Source: a virus
Lineage: Duplodnaviria > Heunggongvirae > Uroviricota > Caudoviricetes
IMG/VR virus record: IMGVR_UViG_2667528155_000006
Span: 1 to 12,882 of that record
Direction: 5' to 3' (one strand)
DNA length: 12,882 nt
Every line of letters begins with the position of its first letter. Positions within the stretch are counted from its first letter, which is position 1. Of the stretch, positions 1 through 11,513 are shown one piece after another. Position numbers and translations under genes: made by a program. A model generated the notes under the pieces. The model was not told the origin of the DNA. It saw nothing but the letters and a program-made list of their open reading frames with translations, and ran no database searches.

Positions 1-3206
<3,206 letters not shown>

Positions 3207-3226
<20 letters not shown>

Positions 3227-4526
3227 TCTCCCGCATATTGCCAGTATGGCCTTTAATGAGCCGCTGATGCTTGAACCCGCCTATGCGCGGGTTTTCTTTT
3301 GTGCGCTTGCAGGCCAGCTTGGGATCAGCCGCCTGACGGATGCGGTATCCGGCGACAGCCTGACTGCCGGAGAGGCACCCGCGGCGCTGGCGTTATCCGT
3401 TGATGATGACGGACCACGACAGGCCCGCAGTTATCAGGTCATGAACGGCATCGCCGTGCTGCCGGTGTCCGGCACGCTGGTCAGCCGGACGCGAGCGCTG
3501 CAGCCGTATTCGGGGATGACCGGTTACAACGGCATTATCGCCCGTCTGCAACAGGCTGCCAGCGACCCGATGGTGGACGGCATTCTGCTCGATATGGATA
3601 CGCCAGGCGGGATGGTGGCAGGGGCATTTGACTGCGCTGACATCATCGCCCGTGTGCGTGACATAAAACCGGTATGGGCGCTGGCCAACGACATGAACTG
3701 CAGTGCAGGTCAGCTGCTTGCCAGTGCCGCCTCCCGGCGTCTGGTCACGCAGACCGCCCGGACAGGCTCCATCGGCGTCATGATGGCTCACAGTAATTAC
3801 GGTGCTGCGCTGGAGAAACAGGGGGTGGAAATCACGCTGATTTACAGCGGCAGCCATAAGGTGGATGGCAACCCCTACAGCCATCTTCCGGATGACGTCC
3901 GGGAGACACTGCAGTCCCGGATGGATGCAACCCGCCGGATGTTTGCGCAGAAGGTGTCGGCATATACCGGCCTGTCCGTGCAGGCTGTTCTGGATACCGA
4001 GGCTGCAGTGTACAGCGGTCAGGAGGCCATTGATGCCGGACTGGCTGATGAACTTGTTAACAGCACCGATGCGATCACCGTCATGCGTGATGCACTGGAT
4101 GCACGTAAATCCCGTCTCTCAGGAGGGCGAATGACCAAAGAGACCCAATCAACAACTGTTTCAGCCACTGCTTCGCAGGCTGACGTTACTGACGTGATGC
4201 CAGCGACGGAGGGCGAAAACGCCAGCGCGGCGCAGCCGGACGTGAACGCGCAGATCACCGCTGCGGTTGCGGCAGAAAACAGCCGCATTATGGGGATCCT
4301 CAACTGTGAGGAGGCTCACGGACGCGAAGAACAGGCCCGCGTGCTGGCTGAAACCCCCGGTATGACCGTGGAAACGGCCCGCCGCATTCTGGCCGCAGCA
4401 CCACAGAGTGCACAGGCGCGCAGTGATACTGCGCTGGATCGTCTGATGCAGGGGGCACCGGCACCGCTGGCTGCAGGTAACCCGGCATCTGATGCCGTTA
4501 ACGATTTGCTGAACACACCAGTGTAA
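3207..4526 (+). CDS. C: Head maturation protease / minor capsid protein gpC (439 aa, GTG start)
   Basis: GTG at 3207-3209 preceded by GAGGAGGAG (3194-3202); translation from there is (M)TAELRNLPHIASMAFNEPLMLEPAYARVFF..., 439 aa, matching lambda gpC. The ORF track's earlier ATG at 3093 lies inside B and is not the start. Confidence 0.9.
3921..4526 (+). CDS. nu3: Scaffolding protein Nu3, nested in-frame within the 3' third of C and sharing its stop codon
   Basis: In-frame ATG at 3921 (714 nt after the C start) gives MDATRRMFAQKVSAYTGLSVQ...NDLLNTPV, about 201 aa. The C/Nu3 nested arrangement is established lambda knowledge; the start position is set from that spacing. Confidence 0.8.
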   Translation: MDATRRMFAQKVSAYTGLSVQAVLDTEAAVYSGQEAIDAGLADELVNSTDAITVMRDALDARKSRLSGGRMTKETQSTTVSATASQADVTDVMPATEGENASAAQPDVNAQITAAVAAENSRIMGILNCEEAHGREEQARVLAETPGMTVETARRILAAAPQSAQARSDTALDRLMQGAPAPLAAGNPASDAVNDLLNTPV

Positions 4527-4535
4527 GGGATGTTT

Positions 4536-4868
4536 ATGACGAGCAAAGAAACCTTTACCCATTACCAGCCGCTGGGCAACAGTGACCCGGCTCATACCGC
4601 AACCGCGCCCGGCGGATTGAGTGCGAAAGCGCCTGCAATGACCCCGCTGATGCTGGACACCTCCACCCGTAAGCTGGTTGCGTGGGATGGCACCACCGAC
4701 GGTGCTGCCGTTGGCATTCTTGCAGTTGCTGCTGACCAGACCAGCACCACACTGACGTTCTACAAGTCCGGCACGTTCCGTTATGAGGATGTGCTCTGGC
4801 CGGAGGCTGCCAGCGACGAGACGAAAAAACGGACCGCGTTTGCCGGAACGGCAATCAGCATCGTTTAA
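4536..4868 (+). CDS. D: Head decoration protein gpD (110 aa)
   Basis: [41 protein letters not shown]...[10 protein letters not shown]; ATG at 4536 with AAGGGA about 6 nt upstream. The ORF track's ATG at 4530 adds 2 codons and is less well placed relative to the SD. Confidence 0.92.
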   Translation: MTSKETFTHYQPLGNSDPAHTATAPGGLSAKAPAMTPLMLDTSTRKLVAWDGTTDGAAVGILAVAADQTSTTLTFYKSGTFRYEDVLWPEAASDETKKRTAFAGTAISIV

Positions 4869-4888
4869 CTTTACCCTTCATCACTAAA

Positions 4889-4910
4889 GGCCGCCTGTGC
4901 GGCTTTTTTT
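4889..4910 (+). terminator. Intrinsic-terminator-like hairpin in the D-E spacer: stem GCCGC (4890-4894), loop CTGT, stem GCGGC (4899-4903), then T7 (4904-4910)
   Basis: Read directly from sequence: aaaggccgcCTGTgcggcttttttt; a perfect 5-bp GC stem plus possible A:U extension, followed by 7 T. A second T8 run (4917-4924) abuts the E start codon. Confidence 0.4.
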
Positions 4911-4924
4911 ACGGGATTTTTTTT

Positions 4925-5950
4925 ATGTCGATGTACACAACCGCCCAGCTGCTGGCGGCAAATGAGCAGAAATTTAAGTTTGATCCGCTGTTTCTGCGTC
5001 TCTTTTTCCGTGAGAGCTATCCCTTCACCACGGAGAAAGTCTATCTCTCACAAATTCCGGGACTGGTAAACATGGCGCTGTACGTTTCGCCGATTGTTTC
5101 CGGTGAGGTTATCCGTTCCCGTGGCGGATCCACCTCTGAATTTACGCCGGGATATGTCAAACCCAAGCATGAGGTGAATCCGCAGATGACCCTGCGTCGC
5201 CTGCCGGATGAAGATCCGCAGAATCTGGCGGACCCGGCTTACCGCCGCCGTCGCATCATCATGCAGAACATGCGTGACGAAGAGCTGGCCATTGCTCAGG
5301 TCGAAGAGATGCAGGCCGTTTCTGCCGTGCTTAAGGGCAAATACACCATGACCGGTGAAGCCTTCGATCCGGTTGAGGTGGATATGGGCCGCAGTGCGGC
5401 GAATAACATCACGCAGTCCGGCGGCACGGAGTGGAGCAAGCGTGACAAGTCCACGTATGACCCGACCGACGATATCGAAGCCTACGCGCTGAACGCCAGC
5501 GGTGTGGTGAATATCATCGTGTTTGATCCGAAAGGCTGGGCGCTGTTCCGTTCCTTCAAAGCCGTCAAGGAGAAGCTGGATACCCGTCGTGGCTCTAATT
5601 CCGAGCTGGAGACAGCGGTGAAAGACCTGGGTAAAGCGGTGTCCTATAAGGGGATGTATGGCGATGTTGCCATCGTCGTGTATTCCGGACAGTACGTGGA
5701 AAACGGCGTCAAAAAGAACTTCCTGCCGGACAACACGATGGTGCTGGGGAACACTCAGGCACGCGGTCTGCGTACCTATGGCTGTATTCAGGATGCGGAC
5801 GCACAGCGCGAAGGCATTAACGCCTCTGCCCGTTACCCGAAAAACTGGGTGACCACCGGCGATCCGGCGCGTGAGTTCACCATGATTCAGTCAGCACCGC
5901 TGATGCTGCTGGCTGACCCTGATGAGTTCGTGTCCGTACAACTGGCGTAA
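4925..5950 (+). CDS. E: Major capsid protein gpE (341 aa)
   Basis: MSMYTTAQLLAANEQKFKFDPLFLRLFFRESYPFTTEKVYLSQIPGLVNMALYVSP...DEFVSVQLA; 341 aa, matching lambda gpE in size and sequence as recalled. Confidence 0.95.
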   Translation: MSMYTTAQLLAANEQKFKFDPLFLRLFFRESYPFTTEKVYLSQIPGLVNMALYVSPIVSGEVIRSRGGSTSEFTPGYVKPKHEVNPQMTLRRLPDEDPQNLADPAYRRRRIIMQNMRDEELAIAQVEEMQAVSAVLKGKYTMTGEAFDPVEVDMGRSAANNITQSGGTEWSKRDKSTYDPTDDIEAYALNASGVVNIIVFDPKGWALFRSFKAVKEKLDTRRGSNSELETAVKDLGKAVSYKGMYGDVAIVVYSGQYVENGVKKNFLPDNTMVLGNTQARGLRTYGCIQDADAQREGINASARYPKNWVTTGDPAREFTMIQSAPLMLLADPDEFVSVQLA

Positions 5951-5952
5951 TC

Positions 5953-5974
5953 GTGGCCCTTCGGGGCCATTTTC
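5953..5974 (+). terminator. Hairpin immediately after the E stop: stem (G)TGGCCC, UUCG tetraloop, stem GGGCCA(T), then TTTTCTCTCT
   Basis: Read directly: gTGGCCCttcgGGGCCAttttctctc, starting 3 nt after the E stop codon; 6-7 bp GC-rich stem with a UUCG loop and a short T-run. Confidence 0.4.
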
Positions 5975-5991
5975 TCTCTGTGGAGGAGTCC

Positions 5992-6390
5992 ATGACGAAA
6001 GATGAACTGATTGCCCGTCTCCGCTCGCTGGGTGAACAACTGAACCGTGATGTCAGTCTGACGGGGACGAAAGAAGAACTGGCGCTCCGTGTGGCAGAGC
6101 TGGAAGAGGAGCTTGATGACACGGGCGACACTGCCGGTCAGGATACCCCTCTCAGCCCGGAAAATGTGCTGACCGGGCATGAACATGAGGTGGTATCAGC
6201 GCAGCCGGATACCGTGATTCAGGATACGGCTGAACTGGTCACGGTCGTGGCACTGGTGACGCTGCATACTGATGCACTTCACGCCACGCGGGATGAACCT
6301 GTGGCATTTGTGCTGCCGGGAACGGCGTTCCGTGTCTCTGCCGGTGTGGCAGCTGAAATGACAGAGCGCGGCCTGGCCAGAATGCAATAA
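5992..6390 (+). CDS. FI: DNA packaging / head assembly protein gpFI (132 aa)
   Basis: ATG at 5992 preceded by GGAGGAG (5982-5988); MTKDELIARLRSLGEQLNRDVSLTGTKEELALRVAELEEE...ERGLARMQ. The ORF track's upstream ATG at 5953 lies in the E-FI hairpin and lacks an SD. Confidence 0.9.
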   Translation: MTKDELIARLRSLGEQLNRDVSLTGTKEELALRVAELEEELDDTGDTAGQDTPLSPENVLTGHEHEVVSAQPDTVIQDTAELVTVVALVTLHTDALHATRDEPVAFVLPGTAFRVSAGVAAEMTERGLARMQ

Positions 6391-6401
6391 CGGGAGGCGC
6401 T

Positions 6402-6755
6402 GTGGCTGATTTCGATAACCTGTTCGATGCTGCCATTGCCCGCACCGATGAAACGATACGCGGGTACATGGGAACGTCAGCCACCATGACATCCGGTGAG
6501 CAGTCCGGCGCAGTAATACGTGGTGTTTTTGATGACCCTGAAAATATCAGCTATGCCGGACAGGGCGTGCGCGTTGAAGGCTCCAGCCCGTCCCTGTTTG
6601 TCCGGACTGATGATGTGCGGCAACTGCGGCGTGGAGACACGCTGACCATCGGTGAGGAAAACTTCTGGATAGATCGTGTTTCGCCGGATGATGGCGGAAG
6701 CTGTCATCTCTGGCTTGGACGGGGCGTACCGCCTGCCGTTAACCGTCGCCGCTGA
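6402..6755 (+). CDS. FII: Head-tail connector protein gpFII (117 aa, GTG start)
   Basis: GTG at 6402 preceded by GGGAGG (6392-6397); (M)ADFDNLFDAAIARTDETIRGYMGTSATMTSGEQ...GRGVPPAVNRRR; size and position match lambda FII. Confidence 0.9.
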   Translation: MADFDNLFDAAIARTDETIRGYMGTSATMTSGEQSGAVIRGVFDDPENISYAGQGVRVEGSSPSLFVRTDDVRQLRRGDTLTIGEENFWIDRVSPDDGGSCHLWLGRGVPPAVNRRR

Positions 6756-6766
6756 AAGGGGGATGT

Positions 6767-7345
6767 ATGGCCATAAAAGGTCTTGAGCAGGCCGTTGAAA
6801 ACCTCAGCCGTATCAGCAAAACGGCGGTGCCTGGTGCCGCCGCAATGGCCATTAACCGCGTTGCTTCATCCGCGATATCGCAGTCGGCGTCACAGGTTGC
6901 CCGTGAGACAAAGGTACGCCGGAAACTGGTAAAGGAAAGGGCCAGGCTGAAAAGGGCCACGGTTAAAAATCCGCAGGCCAGAATCAAGGTTAACCGGGGG
7001 GATTTGCCCGTAATAAAGCTGGGTAACGCGCGGATTGTCCTGTCCCGACGCAGGCGTCGTAAAAAGGGGCAGCGTTCAGCCCTGAAAGGTGGCGGCAGCG
7101 TGCTTGTGGTGGGAAACCGTCGTATTCCCGGCGCGTTTATTCAGCAACTGAAAAATGGCCGCTGGCATGTTATGCAGCGTGTGGCCGGGAAAAACCGTTA
7201 CCCCATTGATGTGGTGAAAATCCCGATGGCGGTGCCACTGACCACGGCGTTTAAACAGAATATTGAACGGATACGGCGTGAGCGTCTTCCGAAAGAGCTG
7301 GGCTATGCGCTGCAGCATCAACTGAGAATGGTAATAAAGCGATGA
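6767..7345 (+). CDS. Z: Tail assembly / tail completion protein gpZ (192 aa)
   Basis: MAIKGLEQAVENLSRISKTAVPGAAAMAINRVASSAISQSASQVARETKV...; 192 aa; stop overlaps the U start (ATGA at 7342-7345). Confidence 0.92.
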   Translation: MAIKGLEQAVENLSRISKTAVPGAAAMAINRVASSAISQSASQVARETKVRRKLVKERARLKRATVKNPQARIKVNRGDLPVIKLGNARIVLSRRRRRKKGQRSALKGGGSVLVVGNRRIPGAFIQQLKNGRWHVMQRVAGKNRYPIDVVKIPMAVPLTTAFKQNIERIRRERLPKELGYALQHQLRMVIKR

Positions 7346-7737
7346 AACATACTGAACTCCGTGCAGCCGTACTGGATGCACTGGAGAAGCATGACACCGG
7401 GGCGACGCTTTTTGATGGTCGCCCCGCTGTTTTTGATGAGGCGGATTTTCCGGCAATTGCCGTTTATCTCACCGGCGCTGAATACACGGGCGAAGAGCTG
7501 GACAGCGATACCTGGCAGGCGGAGCTGCATATTGAAGTTTTCCTGCCTGCTCAGGTGCCGGATTCAGAGCTGGATTCGTGGATGGAGTCCCGGATTTATC
7601 CGGTGATGAGCGATATTCCGGCACTGTCAGATTTGATCACCAGTATGGTGGCCAGTGGCTATGACTACCGACGCGACGATGATGCGGGCCTGTGGAGTTC
7701 AGCCGATCTGACGTATGTCATTACCTATGAAATGTGA
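7342..7737 (+). CDS. U: Tail tube terminator protein gpU (131 aa)
   Basis: [69 protein letters not shown]...; 131 aa as in lambda gpU. Confidence 0.93.
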   Translation: MKHTELRAAVLDALEKHDTGATLFDGRPAVFDEADFPAIAVYLTGAEYTGEELDSDTWQAELHIEVFLPAQVPDSELDSWMESRIYPVMSDIPALSDLITSMVASGYDYRRDDDAGLWSSADLTYVITYEM

Positions 7738-7744
7738 GGACGCT

Positions 7745-7825
7745 ATGCCTGTACCAAATCCTACAATGCCGGTGAAAGGGGCCGGGACCACACTGTGGGT
7801 TTATAAGGGGAACGGTGACCCTTAT
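7745..7825 (+). pseudogene. V: 5' fragment of major tail protein gene V (about 27 codons of lambda origin; the reading frame then runs into host-derived sequence and stops at 7850-7852)
   Basis: ATG at 7745 then [27 protein letters not shown], the gpV N-terminus as recalled; after about 7825 the translation (RTLRRATV*) no longer resembles gpV and the nucleotides instead encode WcaK in another frame. Breakpoint precision about +/-8 nt. Confidence 0.8.
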
Positions 7826-8717
7826 CGAACACTACGGCGTGCCACAGTTTGAACATGCGCTTTGCACATTTATGGCGAAAAAGCCGCTGTTTATGATTGG
7901 TCACAGCGTCGGCCCCTTCCAGGATGAGCAATTTAACCAACTGGCGAACTACGTTTTTGGTCACTGCGATGCGCTGATCCTGCGCGAATCGGTCAGCCTT
8001 GATTTGATGAAACGCAGCAATATCTCCACTGCAAAAGTTGAACATGGCGTCGATACCGCGTGGCTGGTCGATCACCACACAGAAGACTTCACCGCCAGCT
8101 ATGCCGTTCAACACTGGCTGGACGTTGCCGCACAACAGAAAACGGTGGCAATTACCCTGCGCGAACTGGCACCGTTCGACAAACGTCTCGGCACCACCCA
8201 ACAAGCGTATGAAAAAGCCTTTGCCGGGGTGGTCAATCGCATTCTCGACGAAGGCTATCAGGTCATTGCGCTCTCCACCTGTACGGGCATCGACAGCTAT
8301 AACAAAGACGACCGCATGGTGGCGCTCAATCTGCGCCAGCACATCTGCGATCCTGCCCGTTACCACGTAGTGATGGATGAACTCAATGATCTGGAAATGG
8401 GCAAAATTCTCGGTGCCAGTGAACTCACCGTCGGTACGCGCCTGCACTCAGCCATTATCTCGATGAACTTTGCCACTCCGGCGATTGCCATCAACTATGA
8501 ACATAAATCCGCCGGGATTATGCAGCAGCTGGGGCTGCCAGAGATGGCAATTGATATCCGTCATTTACTGGACGGCAGCCTGCAAGCGATGGTTGCGGAT
8601 ACCTTAGGCCAACTTCCGGCGCTGAACGCGCGACTTAACGAAGCCGTCAGTCGCGAACGTCAGACGGGAATGCAGATGGTGCAATCTGTGCTTGAACGCA
8701 TCGGGGAGGTGAAATGA
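7826..8717 (+). pseudogene. wcaK: wcaK (colanic acid biosynthesis pyruvyl transferase), 5'-truncated; about the C-terminal 297 codons retained
   Basis: Frame 0 translation ...[63 protein letters not shown]...[15 protein letters not shown] matches the C-terminal portion of E. coli WcaK as recalled (full length is over 400 aa); no N-terminal part is present upstream; stop overlaps the wcaL start (ATGA at 8714-8717). Confidence 0.85.
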
Positions 8718-9934
8718 AGGTCGGCTTCTTTTTACTGAAATTTCCGCTGTCGTCGGAAACCTTCGTTCTCAACCAAATCACTGCGTTTATTGATATGGGA
8801 TTTGAGGTGGAGATTGTCGCGCTGCAAAAAGGCGACACACAAAACACCCACGCGGCATGGACGAAATACAACCTTGCCGCCAGAACCCGCTGGTTACAGG
8901 ACGAACCTACGGGCAAAGTGGCGAAGCTGCGCCACCGCGCCAGCCAGACCTTACGCGGCATTCATCGCAAAAATACCTGGCAGGCGCTCAACCTCAAACG
9001 CTATGGTGCCGAGTCGCGGAACCTGATTTTGTCTGCCATTTGCGGCCAGGTCGCAACACCATTTTATGCCGATGTGTTCATCGCTCATTTTGGCCCGGCG
9101 GGGGTAACCGCAGCAAAACTACGCGAATTGGGTGTCATTCGCGGCAAAATTGCCACTATCTTCCACGGTATTGATATATCCAGTCGGGAAGTGCTCAACC
9201 ACTACACTCCCGAATATCAGCAACTGTTCCGCCGTGGCGACCTGATGCTACCGATAAGTGATTTGTGGGCCGGAAGGCTGCAAAAAATGGGCTGCCCGAG
9301 GGAAAAAATTGCCGTATCGCGTATGGGCGTGGACATGACGCGCTTTAGCCCGCGTCCGGTGAAAGCACCCGCAACGCCGCTGGAAATCATTTCCGTCGCA
9401 CGCTTAACCGAGAAAAAAGGCCTGCATGTGGCGATTGAAGCCTGCCGTCAGTTGAAAGAGCAGGGCGTGGCATTTCGCTATCGCATTCTCGGCATTGGCC
9501 CGTGGGAACGACGCCTGCGCACCCTCATCGAACAATATCAACTGGAAGATGTGGTGGAGATGCCGGGCTTTAAACCGAGCCATGAAGTGAAAGCGATGCT
9601 CGACGACGCGGATGTCTTCCTCTTGCCATCGGTTACAGGTGCGGATGGTGATATGGAAGGTATTCCGGTGGCGCTAATGGAAGCAATGGCGGTCGGCATT
9701 CCGGTTGTTTCAACTCTGCATAGCGGAATACCAGAACTGGTTGAGGCCGATAAATCCGGCTGGCTGGTGCCTGAGAATGATGCTCGCGCACTGGCGCAAC
9801 GCCTAGCGGCATTTAGCCAACTGGACACCGACGAACTGGCTCCGGTTGTCAAACGAGCGCGCGAAAAAGTCGAACACGATTTTAACCAGCAGGTGATTAA
9901 TCGAGAACTCGCCAGCTTGCTGCAAGCTTTATAG
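8714..9934 (+). CDS. wcaL: Colanic acid biosynthesis glycosyltransferase WcaL (406 aa)
   Basis: [41 protein letters not shown]...; 406 aa; GT4-type motif region (...[20 protein letters not shown]...); position between wcaK and wcaM as in the K-12 wca operon. Confidence 0.9.
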   Translation: MKVGFFLLKFPLSSETFVLNQITAFIDMGFEVEIVALQKGDTQNTHAAWTKYNLAARTRWLQDEPTGKVAKLRHRASQTLRGIHRKNTWQALNLKRYGAESRNLILSAICGQVATPFYADVFIAHFGPAGVTAAKLRELGVIRGKIATIFHGIDISSREVLNHYTPEYQQLFRRGDLMLPISDLWAGRLQKMGCPREKIAVSRMGVDMTRFSPRPVKAPATPLEIISVARLTEKKGLHVAIEACRQLKEQGVAFRYRILGIGPWERRLRTLIEQYQLEDVVEMPGFKPSHEVKAMLDDADVFLLPSVTGADGDMEGIPVALMEAMAVGIPVVSTLHSGIPELVEADKSGWLVPENDARALAQRLAAFSQLDTDELAPVVKRAREKVEHDFNQQVINRELASLLQAL

Positions 9935-9944
9935 AGGAGAACGT

Positions 9945-11339
9945 ATGCCATTTAAAAAACTCTCCCGACGCACCTTCCTGACGGCAAGCTCCGCGCTTGC
10001 CTTCCTCCATACCCCTTTCGCTCGCGCACTTCCCGACCAACAGAGCGTTAACATTAACGACTACAACCCTCACGACTGGATCGCCTCATTTAAACAAGCC
10101 TTCAGCGAAGGACAAACAGTCGTCGTGCCTGCCGGATTCGTTTGTGACAATATCAACACCGGCATCTTCATCCCTCCCGGCAAAACGTTACACATCCTTG
10201 GAAGCCTGCGCGGCAACGGCAGAGGGCGATTTGTCTTACAGGACGGCAGCCAGGTGACAGGGGAGGAGGGCGGCAGTATGCATAACATCACCCTGGATGT
10301 GCGTGGTTCTGACTGCACCATCAAAGGGCTGGCGATGAGCGGTTTCTGCCCGGTAACGCAGATTTATATCGGCGGCAAAAACAAACGGGTTATGCGTAAC
10401 CTGACCATCGATAACCTGACCATTAGCCACGCTAATTACGCCATCTTACGTCAGGGATTTCATAACCAGATTATCGGTGCCAACATCACCAATTGTAAGT
10501 TCAGCGACTTACAGGGGGACGCCATTGAATGGAACGTGGCGATTAACGACAGTGATATTTTGATCTCCGACCACATCATCGAGCGCATCAACTGTACCAA
10601 CGGCAAAATCAACTGGGGAATCGGCATAGGCCTTGCGGGGAGTACTTATGATAATAACTACCCGGAAGACCAGGCAGTGAAAAACTTTGTCGTGGCGAAT
10701 ATCACGGGATCGGATTGTCGACAACTGATCCATGTTGAAAATGGTAAACATTTTGTTATTCGTAATATCAAAGCCCGCAATATCACGCCGGATTTCAGTA
10801 AGAAAGCAGGTATTGATAACGCCACGGTCGCTATTTACGGTTGTGACAATTTCGTGATTGATAATATTGAAATGATTAATAGCGCCGGGATGTTAATCGG
10901 TTATGGGGTAATTAAAGGCAAATATCTCTCGATACCGCAAAATTTCCGAGTGAATAATATTCAGCTGGATAACACCCACCTTGCTTACAAATTGCGCGGT
11001 ATCCAAATCTCTGCCGGGAATGCTGTCTCCTTTGTGGCACTGACTAACATTGAGATGAAGCGTGCCTCGTTGGAGTTACACAACAAACCGCAACATCTTT
11101 TTATACGAAATATCAAAGTGATGCAGGAATACTCTGTTGCACCCGCATTGAGCATGAACTTCGACATGCGCAAAGACGTTCGCGGCGTCTTTATGGCGAA
11201 AAAAGAAACACTGCTGTCTCTTGCAAATGTTCATGCGGTGAATGAAAGAGGGCAAAGCTCCGTCGATATCGACAGGGTTAATCACCATATTGTTAATGTG
11301 GAAAAGATTAACTTTAGATTGCCAGAACGGAGAGAGTAG
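9945..11339 (+). CDS. wcaM: Colanic acid biosynthesis protein WcaM (464 aa), with a Tat-like signal peptide
   Basis: ATG at 9945 preceded by GAGGAG (9934-9939); N-terminus [30 protein letters not shown] contains an S-R-R-x-F-L twin-arginine motif followed by a hydrophobic stretch and A-x-A; last gene of the wca operon before galF. Confidence 0.9.
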   Translation: MPFKKLSRRTFLTASSALAFLHTPFARALPDQQSVNINDYNPHDWIASFKQAFSEGQTVVVPAGFVCDNINTGIFIPPGKTLHILGSLRGNGRGRFVLQDGSQVTGEEGGSMHNITLDVRGSDCTIKGLAMSGFCPVTQIYIGGKNKRVMRNLTIDNLTISHANYAILRQGFHNQIIGANITNCKFSDLQGDAIEWNVAINDSDILISDHIIERINCTNGKINWGIGIGLAGSTYDNNYPEDQAVKNFVVANITGSDCRQLIHVENGKHFVIRNIKARNITPDFSKKAGIDNATVAIYGCDNFVIDNIEMINSAGMLIGYGVIKGKYLSIPQNFRVNNIQLDNTHLAYKLRGIQISAGNAVSFVALTNIEMKRASLELHNKPQHLFIRNIKVMQEYSVAPALSMNFDMRKDVRGVFMAKKETLLSLANVHAVNERGQSSVDIDRVNHHIVNVEKINFRLPERRE

Positions 11340-11477
11340 ATTTGCGACCATTCCTGGAAAAATGGAGCCATACTTAGGAACAATGCTACTGCAATCCACA
11401 ACGAAGCGGCGTAACATCACAAGTAATTCAGTAATCAATTCAGGGTAATTGATGCTGGCGAAAAAAATCGAACAAGC

Positions 11478-11483
11478 TATAAT
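11478..11483 (+). promoter_or_regulatory. Candidate -10 hexamer (TATAAT) for galF; no convincing -35
   Basis: Perfect TATAAT at 11478-11483, about 30 nt upstream of the galF ATG; hexamers 16-18 bp upstream (CTGGCG/GCTGGC) are poor matches to TTGACA. Pattern match only. Confidence 0.25.
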
Positions 11484-11513
11484 TCAGCAACCATTTTACA
11501 GGTGGATGAAATA

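Noticed and set aside
4904-4924. Possible 1-nt length difference in the D-E spacer T-runs relative to reference lambda, inferred from gene spacing as I remember the reference coordinates
   Set aside because: Rests entirely on recalled reference coordinates and cannot be verified without an alignment; it could be a real homopolymer polymorphism, a sequencing error, or my misrecollection. Not reported as a finding.
5953-5991. ORF-track start for FI at ATG 5953, adding 13 codons (MALRGHFLSVEES)
   Set aside because: That ATG sits inside the post-E hairpin and has no SD; the ATG at 5992 follows GGAGGAG and begins MTKDELIARL, the expected FI N-terminus.
7738-7860. Searched the junction for an attL/attR core (lambda att core contains the TTTATAC motif), IS inverted repeats, or target-site duplications
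   Set aside because: Nothing convincing; there is a TTTATAA at about 7800-7806 but it lies within the V coding sequence (W-V-Y-K codons) and is not flanked by arm-type sites. The junction is not a site-specific recombination product.
7761-8447. 228-aa ORF on the minus strand antisense to wcaK, and similar long antisense ORFs (for example 655-1131, 1619-2059, 3393-3884, 4161-4595, 9538-9951, 11076-11438, all minus strand)
   Set aside because: All lie entirely within confidently identified sense-strand genes; their translations are low-complexity and rich in Arg/His/Cys as expected from reverse frames of GC-rich coding DNA; none has a ribosome-binding site. Treated as spurious.
11502-11513. 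GTG at 11502 as the galF start, adding MDEI
   Set aside because: It overlaps the AGGTGGA ribosome-binding site that is correctly spaced for the ATG at 11514, which gives the canonical [13 protein letters not shown]-terminus.
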